This document shows, piece by piece, positions 21,484 through 31,074 of a stretch of DNA of 64,000 nt. Position 1 is the stretch's first letter. The number at the start of each line of letters is the position of its first letter. Origin of the DNA: Candidatus Cloacimonadales bacterium (GTDB lineage Bacteria; Cloacimonadota; Cloacimonadia; Cloacimonadales; JAIOQZ01); assembly GCA_963674825.1 (NCBI GenBank), contig OY771587.1, forward strand, positions 1,184,001-1,248,000, given 5' to 3'. The notes below the pieces were generated by a model that saw only the letters and a list, made by a program, of their open reading frames with translations, was not told the DNA's origin and made no database searches. Position numbers and translations under genes: made by a program.

Positions 21484-22044
21484 ATGGCTGGAATGAATGA
21501 TCTCCGAAACGGAATGGTGATAAACTGGCGAGATAAACTCTGGGAAGTAGTGGAATTCCTCCACGTGAAACCGGGTAAAGGCGCCGCTTTCGTACGTTCG
21601 AAACTGAAAGACGTGATGACGGGACAGGTCATTGAAAACACCTTCCGTTCCAGCGACAAGTTTGTCGAAGTTCGTATCGAGAAGCAGAAGAAGCAGTATC
21701 TGTATTTTGATGGCAGCTTCTATGTGTTTATGGATAACGACACCTTCGAACAGATGTCTGTGCCGGAAGAGGTTATTGGCGATCTGGCTCTTTACATGAC
21801 CGAGAATATTGAGGTTTGGATGCGCATCGACCCGACCGGCAAGATCATCGGTATCGAGCTTCCGATAACCGTCGAGATGGAAATTGCCGACTGCGAACCG
21901 AACGTAAAAGGCAATACAGCATCCGGTGGTGGCAAGGGAGCTACTACGCAGACTGGACTGAAGATAACGGTCCCGTTTTTCATCGAAATCGGTGACAAAG
22001 TGAAGATTGATACGCGTTCAGGTGACTACCTCGAACGTGTGTAA
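21484..22044 (+). CDS. efp: Translation elongation factor P
   Basis: 'HVKPGKGAAFVR', 'KGNTA', 'VPFFIEIGD.VKIDTRSGDYLER'. Confidence 0.97.
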   Translation: MAGMNDLRNGMVINWRDKLWEVVEFLHVKPGKGAAFVRSKLKDVMTGQVIENTFRSSDKFVEVRIEKQKKQYLYFDGSFYVFMDNDTFEQMSVPEEVIGDLALYMTENIEVWMRIDPTGKIIGIELPITVEMEIADCEPNVKGNTASGGGKGATTQTGLKITVPFFIEIGDKVKIDTRSGDYLERV

Positions 22045-22046
22045 TG

Positions 22047-22092
22047 AAAAAATAAAAAAATACTTGACAACCTAATCTGCATAGGTGAGATT
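22047..22092 (+). promoter_or_regulatory. Putative sigma70 promoter of the 68-aa gene
   Basis: A-rich tract, TTGACA (22064-22069), 17-nt spacer, GAGATT (22087-22092). Confidence 0.5.
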
Positions 22093-22115
22093 ATCTATGT
22101 TGATGCGGAGGAAAA

Positions 22116-22322
22116 ATGGCTAAAGGTAGAGCTTTTGCAGCGAAATTGGCACATGAGATCTCGACCGAAGGTAAAGTGATTTGCCCCGTTTGCAACACTG
22201 AAGTGAAGCAAGTGAAACTGATTCGGGCAAGAAAATCCAAAAGCGAGAGCTGGCAACCCCGGTACGAATTCGTCAAAATGTGCAAATGCAATGAAAATGA
22301 TGTTATGAGCGGTAAAGTTTAG
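22116..22322 (+). CDS. Small basic Cys4 protein; candidate zinc-binding bL38/DUF4295-like ribosomal protein
   Basis: GGAGG RBS, own promoter and terminator; MAK start, CPVC and CKC motifs, 'KLIRARKSKSESW'. Confidence 0.7.
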   Translation: MAKGRAFAAKLAHEISTEGKVICPVCNTEVKQVKLIRARKSKSESWQPRYEFVKMCKCNENDVMSGKV

Positions 22323-22356
22323 AGTTCTCACACCCTACATAAAATGCCCTCCTAGC

Positions 22357-22396
22357 GAATACCCTCTAGTCGCCCGATTAGAGGGTATTTCATTTT
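22357..22396 (+). terminator. Intrinsic terminator
   Basis: AATACCCTCTAGTCG-CC-CGATTAGAGGGTATT followed by TCATTTT. Confidence 0.7.
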
Positions 22397-22515
22397 ATCA
22401 AAACTCGTTTCCAATCCTTCCCGACAATACACCAATCGAATTTATCCACTACTGTCAGAAATGCGCTCGGTCTGCGGTCCCGCCTTATGTTTGTAATGGA
22501 ATTTGCAGGAATTAA

Positions 22516-22857
22516 CCCTCATCCCCCGCCTTCTCCCGCAAGCGGAAGAAGGAGCTATAAGGTATGGCAATGCAAGATGTCTATAATGCTCCGATCGCGT
22601 GCGGGTAAAAGATATGATTCAAGATTGGGCAAATTCCCTTCCAATCACAAGGACGCCCCACCCACCCGATCTTTGAGCGCATTTCTTCTGCCTGGTGAGC
22701 GCTACGAAGCAATAGTGGATGCGTCGTTGATTGCCGTATCGAGGGAAAAAAGAGATGCCAAGCTAGGGCTTGGCGATCCAAGGAGAGAAAAGAGAGATGC
22801 AGTCGCTTGAAGATTCCAGATTTTGTGCAAAACCTACAGGAGCTCTGCGTACCCAGG
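22516..22857. repeat. Intergenic cluster of REP-like palindromes (two families)
   Basis: CCCTCATCCCCCGCCTTCTCCCGCAAGCGGAAGAAGGAG (22516-22554); GATGCCAAGCTAGGGCTTGGCGATCCAAGG (about 22755-22782); GAGCTCTGCGTACCCAGG (about 22840-22857), whose 3' end matches 43869-43897. Confidence 0.5.
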
Positions 22858-22861
22858 ATAG

Positions 22862-22890
22862 AAAAAGGGACAGACGCAGCGGCCTGTCCC
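22862..22890 (-). terminator. Intrinsic terminator of megL
   Basis: GGGACAG/CTGTCCC stem with an A5 tract on the + strand (U tract on minus). Confidence 0.6.
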
Positions 22891-22911
22891 AAAATGTATA
22901 ACTTCTATCTA

Positions 22912-24096
22912 TCAGTTGATCTTTGCGAGTGCGTTATCGAGATCGGAGATAATGTCCTCGATATCCTCGATACCGACGGAGAGGCGTACCAGCTCATCGG
23001 AGATACCGGCTTTGATACGGCCTTCGGGAGACACGCGGGAGTGGGTCATGGAAGCCGGATGCTGGATCAGTGTTTCGACACCGCCAAGTGACACGGCGAG
23101 CGTAGCCAGATGGACGTTGTCCATGAGTGTCTTTCCTGCGTCGAGTCCACCCTTGAGTCCAAAGGATATCATCGCGCCGAAACCCTTCATCTGCTTCTTC
23201 GCCAATTCGTGCTGCGGATGTGACTCGAGTCCCGGGTAGCGAATCCAAGCCACTTTCGGGTGATCCTCGAGGTAACGGGCGACTTTCATGGCGTTTTCCT
23301 GACCGCGTTCGACGCGGATGGAGAGGGTCTTCAGACCGCGATAGGCGAGGTATGCCTGATGCGGATCGATGTTCGGGCCCATGGTCGCCATCGTAGAATA
23401 AAGCGAGCGATAATCTTCTTCCGTCTTCGCGATAATGATTCCTCCCACGATATCGGCATGGCCGTTGATGAACTTGGTCATGGAGTGGAGAACAACGTCT
23501 GCCCCGAGTTCGAACGGACGCTGAAGGTACGGGCTGCAGAAGGTGTTATCGACGACAAGAGGGAAACCGTTGGCATGCGCGAGATTGGCACAGGCCTGAA
23601 TGTCGCTGATAACGATGGTCGGATTTGCGGGGGTTTCGATATAGAGCAACTTGGTGTTTGGCTTGATCGCGTTCTTGATCTCCTCGATATCCGAGGTATC
23701 CACAAAATCCGCTTCGACGCCAAAACGCTTGAAGTATTTCTCCAGTACACCGCGTGACGGACCGTAAACCGCCTCCGAGCATACGATGTGCGCGCCTTGG
23801 GAGAGGTAGTTCATATAAACGGTGGTGACTGCACCCATGCCTGAGGCTGTCGCGATTCCGCCGAAGCCGCCTTCGAGCTGTGCTACCGCATCTTCGAGCG
23901 CTTTAGTGGTAGGATTGCCGAGGCGTGTGTAGATAAAGCCATCGTCCTCACCGGCAAAACAAGCCGCACCATGATCGGCGTTCTTGAATGCAAACGTCGA
24001 TGTCTGATAGATGGGGATGGAAACGCTGAGATATTGATCGGGAAAGTGTCCCGCGTGAATTTGCTTCGTATTGAAACCCAGTTTTCTGGTGTCCAT
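22912..24096 (-). CDS. megL: Methionine gamma-lyase (Cys/Met PLP-dependent lyase)
   Basis: 'PIYQTSTF', 'YTRLGNPT', 'ASGMGA', 'ETPANPT', 'VDNTF', PLP lysine 'SMTKFINGHAD', 'AVSLGG.ETLI.HPASMTH'. The exact substrate within the family is not certain. Confidence 0.78.
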   Translation of the reverse strand: MDTRKLGFNTKQIHAGHFPDQYLSVSIPIYQTSTFAFKNADHGAACFAGEDDGFIYTRLGNPTTKALEDAVAQLEGGFGGIATASGMGAVTTVYMNYLSQGAHIVCSEAVYGPSRGVLEKYFKRFGVEADFVDTSDIEEIKNAIKPNTKLLYIETPANPTIVISDIQACANLAHANGFPLVVDNTFCSPYLQRPFELGADVVLHSMTKFINGHADIVGGIIIAKTEEDYRSLYSTMATMGPNIDPHQAYLAYRGLKTLSIRVERGQENAMKVARYLEDHPKVAWIRYPGLESHPQHELAKKQMKGFGAMISFGLKGGLDAGKTLMDNVHLATLAVSLGGVETLIQHPASMTHSRVSPEGRIKAGISDELVRLSVGIEDIEDIISDLDNALAKIN

Positions 24097-24375
24097 AGAT
24101 TCTCCTTCTTAATGATTGTAGCCAGAAAATTCGTACCGACGATTCTGTCTAATGAAATTAATATATACCTCGAACTGCCGGTAAGCATTCATTATTTTAC
24201 CGCAACAAACGATACGAGATTCCACAAAGCGCTTAAGACTGGGCATTCGGCCACTTTCGTATGTTCGTACAGAACCACGCCGAAAAAAGTTGACGACAAA
24301 ATCATCTACAGGTAATTGATAAATGAATTTCATATTTGAATATTCACGAGATAGATATTTTATGGAGGACCCAAG

Positions 24376-24957
24376 ATGAAGATTATACCTCGTTGGGAAT
24401 GGAGAACATTCGGCAATGACCTTCAAGGATACATGAAGGAATTCGAGCAATTCGAAAGCGCTGGCGTCAAGGCAAGCGAAGAGACCTATATCCTCTCACG
24501 GAAGAGTGACGACAACATCAAAATCCGCTTCGAGAAAGTCGATATGAAGACCATGCTCCGGCGCAGCCCGGACGGTATCGAACAATGGACGGTGCTTGGA
24601 AAGAACGGTTTCCCGGTAGACATCAACCAACTCGCGCTTATCTTCAAAGCATTCGGCTTCCCGATTCCCTGGCTCGATAAAGACGAATACGAATACAACG
24701 AATTCATGAGCGGAATCGTCGGGAACCTGCCCGACCTGACCACGGTGGAAGTCACCAAAACACGCAATATTTTCATTATCGACAAGGTGATCTGCGAATT
24801 CGCGGAAGTTACGTTTAACCAGCAGCCCATCCAGACGATCGCCTTCGAACACGAGGACATCGAGCTGGTTCGCAAGCTGGCCGAACGCTTCAAGAAACCC
24901 GGGATGCAGAACATCAACTACATCCAGGCAATGAAAAAAGCGGCAGGAATGATCTGA
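24376..24957 (+). CDS. CYTH/triphosphate-tunnel-like hypothetical protein
   Basis: GGAGG RBS. Motif order mirrors CYTH: 'RWEWR', 'EETY', 'KIR', 'K.R..F', 'IAFE', 'NY'. Confidence 0.6.
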   Translation: MKIIPRWEWRTFGNDLQGYMKEFEQFESAGVKASEETYILSRKSDDNIKIRFEKVDMKTMLRRSPDGIEQWTVLGKNGFPVDINQLALIFKAFGFPIPWLDKDEYEYNEFMSGIVGNLPDLTTVEVTKTRNIFIIDKVICEFAEVTFNQQPIQTIAFEHEDIELVRKLAERFKKPGMQNINYIQAMKKAAGMI

Positions 24958-24980
24958 TCGCACATGATAGGGGGAGAGTC

Positions 24981-25895
24981 ATGAAACGCATCGCAATACT
25001 GGACATCGGAACTAATTCCATCAAATTCCACGCAGCCGAAAAGACAGACCAGGGCGTCAACGTCCTGCACGATACCAACAACATCTCACGCCTCGGAGAC
25101 GGCATGACCCGCACCGGTATGCTCTCCGACGAAGCCATGGATCGCAACATCGAAGCGCTGCGCGAGTTCATGCAGCTCGCCAAAGACAAATACGATATCG
25201 ATAACTTCACCGCCGTAGGCACCATGTGCCTGCGTACCGCGAAAAACGCTCGAGATTTCACCGAACGCGCACGCAACGAACTCGGGCTGATTATCAATGT
25301 CTTGCCGGGCGAAGAAGAAGCGCGGCTTTCATATCTGGCGGTTGTATCGGGCGTTGGCGTCGGCAATGAAGATGTTCTCATCATCGATACCGGCGGCGGC
25401 AGCACCGAATTCATCTTTGGTCACGGCGACGACATCAAGAAGCGATTCAGCCTTGATATCGGCGCGGTGCTGATCACCGAAAACATCCTGATATCCGACC
25501 CGGTCGCAGCCGACGAGCTGCTACGCGCCAGAACCTACATCGAGAGCTTTTTCGACAAGAACGAGGTTAAGGGAAACATCACCCGTCTGGTGGGCATCGG
25601 AGGAACAGTGACAAGCCTTTGCGCAGTGATGCACAAGATGGAGAAGTTCAATCCTGACATCGTGCAGGGGAGCGTCATCAGCCTGAAAGAGGTGCAACAG
25701 CAGATCGAGAGCTACACCTCTAAGACGATCGAACAACGCAAGACCATCACTGGGCTGCAACCCAAGCGCGCGGATGTGATCCTCGCTGGCGCATTGATCC
25801 TCGAAGCTATCATGAAACGATTCAACGTTGAAGGCCTGGTGGTGAGCGATCGGGGCCTGCGCCACGGACTGACCTACGAAAAACTTGGAGGATAG
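24981..25895 (+). CDS. Ppx/GppA-family phosphatase (short form, no HD domain)
   Basis: 'ILDIGTNSIK', 'RLGDG', 'LRTAKN', 'GEEEARLSY', 'DTGGGSTE', 'GIGGT', 'RADVILAG', 'SDRGLRHG'. Confidence 0.92.
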   Translation: MKRIAILDIGTNSIKFHAAEKTDQGVNVLHDTNNISRLGDGMTRTGMLSDEAMDRNIEALREFMQLAKDKYDIDNFTAVGTMCLRTAKNARDFTERARNELGLIINVLPGEEEARLSYLAVVSGVGVGNEDVLIIDTGGGSTEFIFGHGDDIKKRFSLDIGAVLITENILISDPVAADELLRARTYIESFFDKNEVKGNITRLVGIGGTVTSLCAVMHKMEKFNPDIVQGSVISLKEVQQQIESYTSKTIEQRKTITGLQPKRADVILAGALILEAIMKRFNVEGLVVSDRGLRHGLTYEKLGG

Positions 25896-25905
25896 GGCAA
25901 CACAA

Positions 25906-27438
25906 ATGGTAAAAGCGACCAGAATTCTCACCGTCGTCATCCTCGTCGCCATCATGTTTTCCTGCGCCAAATCGAGCGACAACGCCTTTCCGAACAAACC
26001 GATCAAGATCGTCGTCTATACAGCCCCTGGCGGATTGATCGACATTACGGCACGAAAGTTCACTGATGTTGCCGCCAAATACACAGACGCCACCTTTGTG
26101 GTGGAAAATCGCCCCGGTGCCGGCGGCGTTGTGGGTATGCAGAGCGTTCTGCAAGCGCCTGCCGACGGCTACACCATTTTCGCGGGAACCAAATCCAATA
26201 TATCGTTCCTTGTCGGCGCAGACGCAGCCGTGAATTCAGATGATCTCAACTGGTTTGCCATGCTCATGGCCGATCCCGAATGCGTGATTACCAACAACAA
26301 GGCCGATATCAATACCTGGGAAGATATCGTCGAGGACGCCAAATCGCGTCCCGGCGAACAGATATGGCTCGGTCCCGATACCGGTGGACTCGATCACATC
26401 ATGGCGATGAAGCTCTGGGAACGCAGCGGCATTCAGTGCAAATGGATCCCCTTCAAGAGCGGCGGCGCCGCCAAGACAGCATTGCTGGGCGGACAGGGAG
26501 TTTGCTACGTGGGCAATCCCCGCGATATCGGTGGCAATCCAGACCTGAAAATCGCAGCGATCTCCGCAGAGAAACGGCTTCCACAATTCCCGGACGCTCC
26601 CACCTTCACCGAACTTGGTCTTCCCCGGCTCGAGCACGAGATTATGTGGCGCGGATTCGCTGTAAAAAAAGAAACACCCAAGAAAGCGCTGGCGTGGTTC
26701 TCGGATCTGATTGATGACGTAACGCAAGATCCGGACTGGCGCGGATTCTGGGAAAAGGGTGGTATCGAAGTCGTCCATTATGGCCCAGAGCGATTCCAGA
26801 AAATCGTGGAGCTCGACCGCATGGAATTCCACCACTATCTTTCCAGCCTTGGGCTGATCGAACCAGAACAGCGCCCCATGGACGGTCCCGGACAGCGTGG
26901 GCTCAACATGGAACTAATGACGTTCGGCATCCTCATGGTGCAGATCCTGCTGTTCTTCATCGCGGGAATCCGGCTTAAAAAAAGGGTGTTTAACTACACC
27001 GGCAGGATCCTCTTCCCCATCTTTTTCATCAGCCTGTCGCTGTTCTTCTTGATGCTCTCAACGCGCTTTTCAAGTGGCGAAAGCTACGGCCCGGCGGTGG
27101 TTCCGAGGTTATGGTCCATCTTCCTCGCTCTCTTCAGTGTAATCCTCTATATCAAGGTGCTCGCAGGCAAGGAAGAGCCCGACCCCAAGCCCGGAAGAAT
27201 GGACATCGTTTTCCGATTCATCGTGCTCCTGGCGCTCTATATTCCTGCGATTAACTACATCGGCTATATGATCTCAACAATCATCTTCCTTCCGCTGGCA
27301 ATGCTACTTCTTGGATACCGTAAAACCATCGCGATCGTTCTGATCACCATACTCTGGGCAGTGGTGTCGTACCTCCTCTTCTTCAAGCTGTTGCACGTCG
27401 CGCTGCCCGTAGGCATCCTCTGGACTTCGCTCGGGTAG
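25906..27438 (+). CDS. Tripartite tricarboxylate transporter substrate-binding protein fused to a TctB-like membrane domain
   Basis: Lipobox 'MFSC'; TctC motifs 'FPNKPIKIVV..APGG..D..AR', 'VVENRPGAGG', 'APADGYT', 'IPFKSGG...ALLGG'; C-terminal TM helices ending 'LFFKLLHVALPVG'. Confidence 0.85.
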   Translation: MVKATRILTVVILVAIMFSCAKSSDNAFPNKPIKIVVYTAPGGLIDITARKFTDVAAKYTDATFVVENRPGAGGVVGMQSVLQAPADGYTIFAGTKSNISFLVGADAAVNSDDLNWFAMLMADPECVITNNKADINTWEDIVEDAKSRPGEQIWLGPDTGGLDHIMAMKLWERSGIQCKWIPFKSGGAAKTALLGGQGVCYVGNPRDIGGNPDLKIAAISAEKRLPQFPDAPTFTELGLPRLEHEIMWRGFAVKKETPKKALAWFSDLIDDVTQDPDWRGFWEKGGIEVVHYGPERFQKIVELDRMEFHHYLSSLGLIEPEQRPMDGPGQRGLNMELMTFGILMVQILLFFIAGIRLKKRVFNYTGRILFPIFFISLSLFFLMLSTRFSSGESYGPAVVPRLWSIFLALFSVILYIKVLAGKEEPDPKPGRMDIVFRFIVLLALYIPAINYIGYMISTIIFLPLAMLLLGYRKTIAIVLITILWAVVSYLLFFKLLHVALPVGILWTSLG

Positions 27439-27444
27439 GTCACG

Positions 27445-28941
27445 ATGGAAATACTGACACATCTGCTTGAAGGATTTGGCTATATAGGCGGTTGGGCTCC
27501 TATGATCGCAATTGTTACAGGCGTAATCTTCGGTATCCTTGCCGGCGCTATGCCTGGGCTCTCTCCATCGATGGGTGTCGCGCTCTTGGTGCCTTTCACC
27601 TACGCACTCGATCCGTCATTGGCCCTTATCCTTCTCATCTCCATCTACATTGCAGCAAATTACGGCGGATCGATCACCGCGGTCACCATCAACGCACCCG
27701 GTACCGCCTCCGCGGTCGTCACCGCGTTCGATGGCTATCCGCTGACGAAAAAAGGCAAACCCGGCGTGGGACTCGGCATCTCGCTGATTTCATCAACAGT
27801 TGGCGGCATCGTCGGCACATTGATCCTGATATTCTTCTCCGTCCCGCTGGCGAAAGTCACCTTGAAGTTTCATCCCGCTGAATACTTCGCGCTGGCCTTT
27901 TTCGGACTTACCACCGTCGCGTCCCTGGGCGGAAAAAACTGGCTCAAAGCCTTCACAGCCGTATTTCTCGGGTTACTTCTTCGCACCATCGGAACTGAGC
28001 AGACCGGCATCAACCGGTTTTCCTTCGGCATTACCGAACTTTTCGATGGTTTCAACCTCATCCCGATCCTGATCGGGCTCTTCGCGCTCAGCGAGGTGTT
28101 CCGGCAGTTCGAGGCACATGAATTCGAAGTGCAGAAGTTTGAAGGCGGCAAATCACACTGGCCTTCCATTCCCGAATACTGGCGCTTGAAATGGACCATT
28201 CTGCGTTCATCAGTGATCGGTACCATTATCGGCATTTTCCCCGGTGCAGGCGCGACCATCGCGTCATTCATCTCCTATGATATCTCCAAGCGCATGAGCA
28301 AGAATCCCGACGAATACGGCAACGGCTCACCGGAAGGCGTCGCGGCAGCCGAGGCATCGAACAGTAGTTCCGTAGGTGGAGCGTTGGTTCCGCTTCTTAC
28401 ACTTGGCATCCCGGGAAGTGCTTCGACGGCAGTGCTCATCGGCGCACTGATGATTCACGATCTCGATCCCGGACCGCGGCTCTTCGAGACAGCGCCGGAA
28501 GTCGTTTACGGACTTTTCGCAAGCCTCCTGGTCGCCAACTTCGTCCTGCTGGCGCTCGGGCTCCTGGGCAGCAAGCTGTGGATCAAGGTAACGCAAGTCC
28601 CACGTGAGGTACTATTCCCCCTCATCTTTGCTGTATCGATCATCGGGGCTTTCGCGGTAAACAACTCCCTTTTCGACGTAGCCTCCTGTGTGGGCTTCGG
28701 AATTCTGGGCTGGCTGATGAGACGCCACGGCTATCCGGTTGCGCCGGTGGTGCTCGGAATCGTGCTGGGACGCATCGCGGAAGAGAACTTCCGAAACGCC
28801 GTCAAAATGGGAGGTTATGAAATTTTCTTTACAAGACCAATCAGTTTAGCAATCTTGAGTGTTGCGGTGATTTCCGTGTTGGTGCCGATGACAAGAGGCT
28901 TCTTCAAGAAGAAATCCACCGCCAATGTTGATACGAGGTAA
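27445..28941 (+). CDS. tctA: Tripartite tricarboxylate transporter large permease TctA
   Basis: 'GAMPGLS', 'YGGSITA..IN.PGT', 'FDGYPL', '[10 protein letters not shown]', '[11 protein letters not shown]', 'PGPRLF'. Confidence 0.92.
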   Translation: MEILTHLLEGFGYIGGWAPMIAIVTGVIFGILAGAMPGLSPSMGVALLVPFTYALDPSLALILLISIYIAANYGGSITAVTINAPGTASAVVTAFDGYPLTKKGKPGVGLGISLISSTVGGIVGTLILIFFSVPLAKVTLKFHPAEYFALAFFGLTTVASLGGKNWLKAFTAVFLGLLLRTIGTEQTGINRFSFGITELFDGFNLIPILIGLFALSEVFRQFEAHEFEVQKFEGGKSHWPSIPEYWRLKWTILRSSVIGTIIGIFPGAGATIASFISYDISKRMSKNPDEYGNGSPEGVAAAEASNSSSVGGALVPLLTLGIPGSASTAVLIGALMIHDLDPGPRLFETAPEVVYGLFASLLVANFVLLALGLLGSKLWIKVTQVPREVLFPLIFAVSIIGAFAVNNSLFDVASCVGFGILGWLMRRHGYPVAPVVLGIVLGRIAEENFRNAVKMGGYEIFFTRPISLAILSVAVISVLVPMTRGFFKKKSTANVDTR

Positions 28942-28947
28942 GACATT

Positions 28948-29586
28948 ATGCTACTAAGAAGAACCAAACGCATTGAACGTATGATTGACGACTTTCTGGA
29001 CGTGGTAAGCGAAGGAGGTATTCTCTTCAGTAAAGCCATCCGCTTTTACGTCGAGGAAAACACCGAAGAATTCGATGCTCGCAGATTGAAAGTATCGGAA
29101 CTGGAGAGCACCGCTGACCAGCTTCGCCGTGATATCGAGATGGAGCTCTATGCCCATACGCTGATCCCGGAATCGCGCGGTGATGTGCTCGCAATCCTGG
29201 AAAACACTGACGACATTATCGACAATATCAAAGAAACTCTTCTGCAATTTTCGGTGGAACATCCGAAGATCCCACACGAATTTGCCAGCCAGTATATCGA
29301 ACTTGCAATAGCCAGTGGGGAAAGTGTTGATGCGCTCGTTACAGGTGTCCGCTGTTTCTTCCGGGATGTTAAAACCGTGAAGGATCATCTTCATAAAGTG
29401 TATCTGCACGAGAAAGAAGCGGACAAGATCGCCGAACGACTCAAACGGGCAATATTTAATTCGGATATCGAACTTGCCTGGAAGAACCATCTTCGATATT
29501 TCGCGCTGCATGTTGAACATGTATCCGATTACGCCGAAACGATGGCGGATCGGCTTTCAATTTATACCATCAAACGACAGGTGTAA
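28948..29586 (+). CDS. DUF47 / PhoU-like phosphate transport regulator
   Basis: Helical repeat 'ELESTAD.LRRDI...PESRGD', 'EKEADKI', 'SDYAE..ADRL'; directly upstream of PiT. Confidence 0.88.
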   Translation: MLLRRTKRIERMIDDFLDVVSEGGILFSKAIRFYVEENTEEFDARRLKVSELESTADQLRRDIEMELYAHTLIPESRGDVLAILENTDDIIDNIKETLLQFSVEHPKIPHEFASQYIELAIASGESVDALVTGVRCFFRDVKTVKDHLHKVYLHEKEADKIAERLKRAIFNSDIELAWKNHLRYFALHVEHVSDYAETMADRLSIYTIKRQV

Positions 29587-29589
29587 GCC

Positions 29590-31056
29590 GTGATACTGCT
29601 TATATATCTCTCCAGCGGTCTATTCCTGGCGTGGTCGCTGGGCGCAAACAATGCGGCGAATGTATTCGGTCCGGCAGTATCGACCAAAATGGTCAAGTTC
29701 CGCACAGCGGCAATACTGACCTCAATCTTCGTAATACTCGGAGCAGTCTATGAAGGAGCCGGCGCGTCGCAAACACTGGGTAAACTCGGTTCGGTTAACG
29801 CATTGGGTGGCGCTTTTACCGTAGCGCTGGCCGCTGCGATAACCGTCGCAGGGATGACAAAAATGGGCTTGCCTGTTTCCACATCACAGGCGATCGTGGG
29901 CGGAATCATCGGCTGGAACTTCTTCAGCGGATCACTCACTGACTTCTCCGCGCTATCGAAGATCTTTGGAACTTGGGTTATTTGCCCCATCCTGGCAGCT
30001 ATCTTTTCCTACATCTTTTACAAGCTGTACCTCGTGTTTATTGTCCGTACAAGAATTCACCTATTGCGGCTTGATGCACTTACTCGATTCTTCTATCTGG
30101 CGGTAACGGCATTCGGAGCATACAGCCTTGGCGCAAACAATATCGCCAACGCGATGGGCGTATTTGTACCGGCCTCGCCTTTCCACGACATACAAGTTAT
30201 GTCAGGCTTTACTCTATCTGGGACACAGGTGCTTTTCTTGATCGGAAGTATCGCGATCGGAGTAGGGGTCATCACATATTCACACAACGTTATCCGCACG
30301 GTGGGAAATGATCTTTTCCGCCTCTCTTCGGTTGGTGGATTAATCGTCATACTCGCCGAAGCCTGGGTGCTTTTCATCTTCGGTTCACAGTCACTCCACG
30401 ATTGGATGCTGGCCCATAACCTTCCGGCGTTTCCGCTGGTTCCGGTATCCAGCTCGCAGGCGGTTGTCGGTGGTGTAATCGGTATTGCGATTGCCAAAGG
30501 CGGACGGAATATCCAGTTTCGGGTGTTGGGCAGAATATCCATGGGATGGGTTACAACGCCTATCATCGCCTGTCTTATCACATTCATTCTGCTTTTCTTC
30601 GTGCAGAACGTGTTCGACCAGAAAGTACACAACGAATCGAGCTACGATTTCAGCCGCAATGTTATTACGGAGCTAAGCGAGCATGACATCGATTTCGACA
30701 AGCTCGAACCACTTAAAGGAACCAGTTTCAAAAATGCACGAGAGCTTAATAACTTCCTTTCAGGCGTAGATCAGTACAGCATGGAAGAGAAGGGATTGAT
30801 CCTCGCTTATGGCGCAGTTGATCCCATAGAGGTGACAACTCAAGGTATACGGATAATCCAGAATGATTATCTGAGCAAACAACAGCTTTCAGCCATCGAA
30901 GAGCTCGACGGAACGACGTACAAACACCGGTGGCAATTCGTGCAAGCGCTGTCAGACGCATCGGACGCCTGGCGAACAGATACTGGAAACAAACAGAAAG
31001 ACGATGAGACGCAGGAGCGTCTGAATTATATCATCAATCATTTTCGTATTCAATAA
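29590..31056 (+). CDS. PiT-family inorganic phosphate transporter with a C-terminal soluble extension
   Basis: Duplicated PiT signatures 'GANNAANVFG' and 'GANNIANAMG', 'LPVSTSQA.VG', 'PVSSSQAVVG'. Confidence 0.92.
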   Translation: MILLIYLSSGLFLAWSLGANNAANVFGPAVSTKMVKFRTAAILTSIFVILGAVYEGAGASQTLGKLGSVNALGGAFTVALAAAITVAGMTKMGLPVSTSQAIVGGIIGWNFFSGSLTDFSALSKIFGTWVICPILAAIFSYIFYKLYLVFIVRTRIHLLRLDALTRFFYLAVTAFGAYSLGANNIANAMGVFVPASPFHDIQVMSGFTLSGTQVLFLIGSIAIGVGVITYSHNVIRTVGNDLFRLSSVGGLIVILAEAWVLFIFGSQSLHDWMLAHNLPAFPLVPVSSSQAVVGGVIGIAIAKGGRNIQFRVLGRISMGWVTTPIIACLITFILLFFVQNVFDQKVHNESSYDFSRNVITELSEHDIDFDKLEPLKGTSFKNARELNNFLSGVDQYSMEEKGLILAYGAVDPIEVTTQGIRIIQNDYLSKQQLSAIEELDGTTYKHRWQFVQALSDASDAWRTDTGNKQKDDETQERLNYIINHFRIQ

Positions 31057-31074
31057 AATGAATTGGGGGACTTC

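Noticed and set aside
22627..22660. GGGCAAA...GGACGC resembling a c-di-GMP-I riboswitch
   Set aside because: It lacks the GNRA-capped stem and GCAAAG continuation, and no same-strand gene follows.
22487..22892. ORFs 22487-22810 (+) and 22581-22892 (-)
   Set aside because: No recognisable motifs; they run through REP-like palindromes and a terminator.
24097..24375. Possible SAM riboswitch ahead of megL, or PHO box ahead of the phosphate locus
   Set aside because: Neither an S-box core (AUCNAGAG...GCAACC) nor CTGTCAT direct repeats were found by eye.
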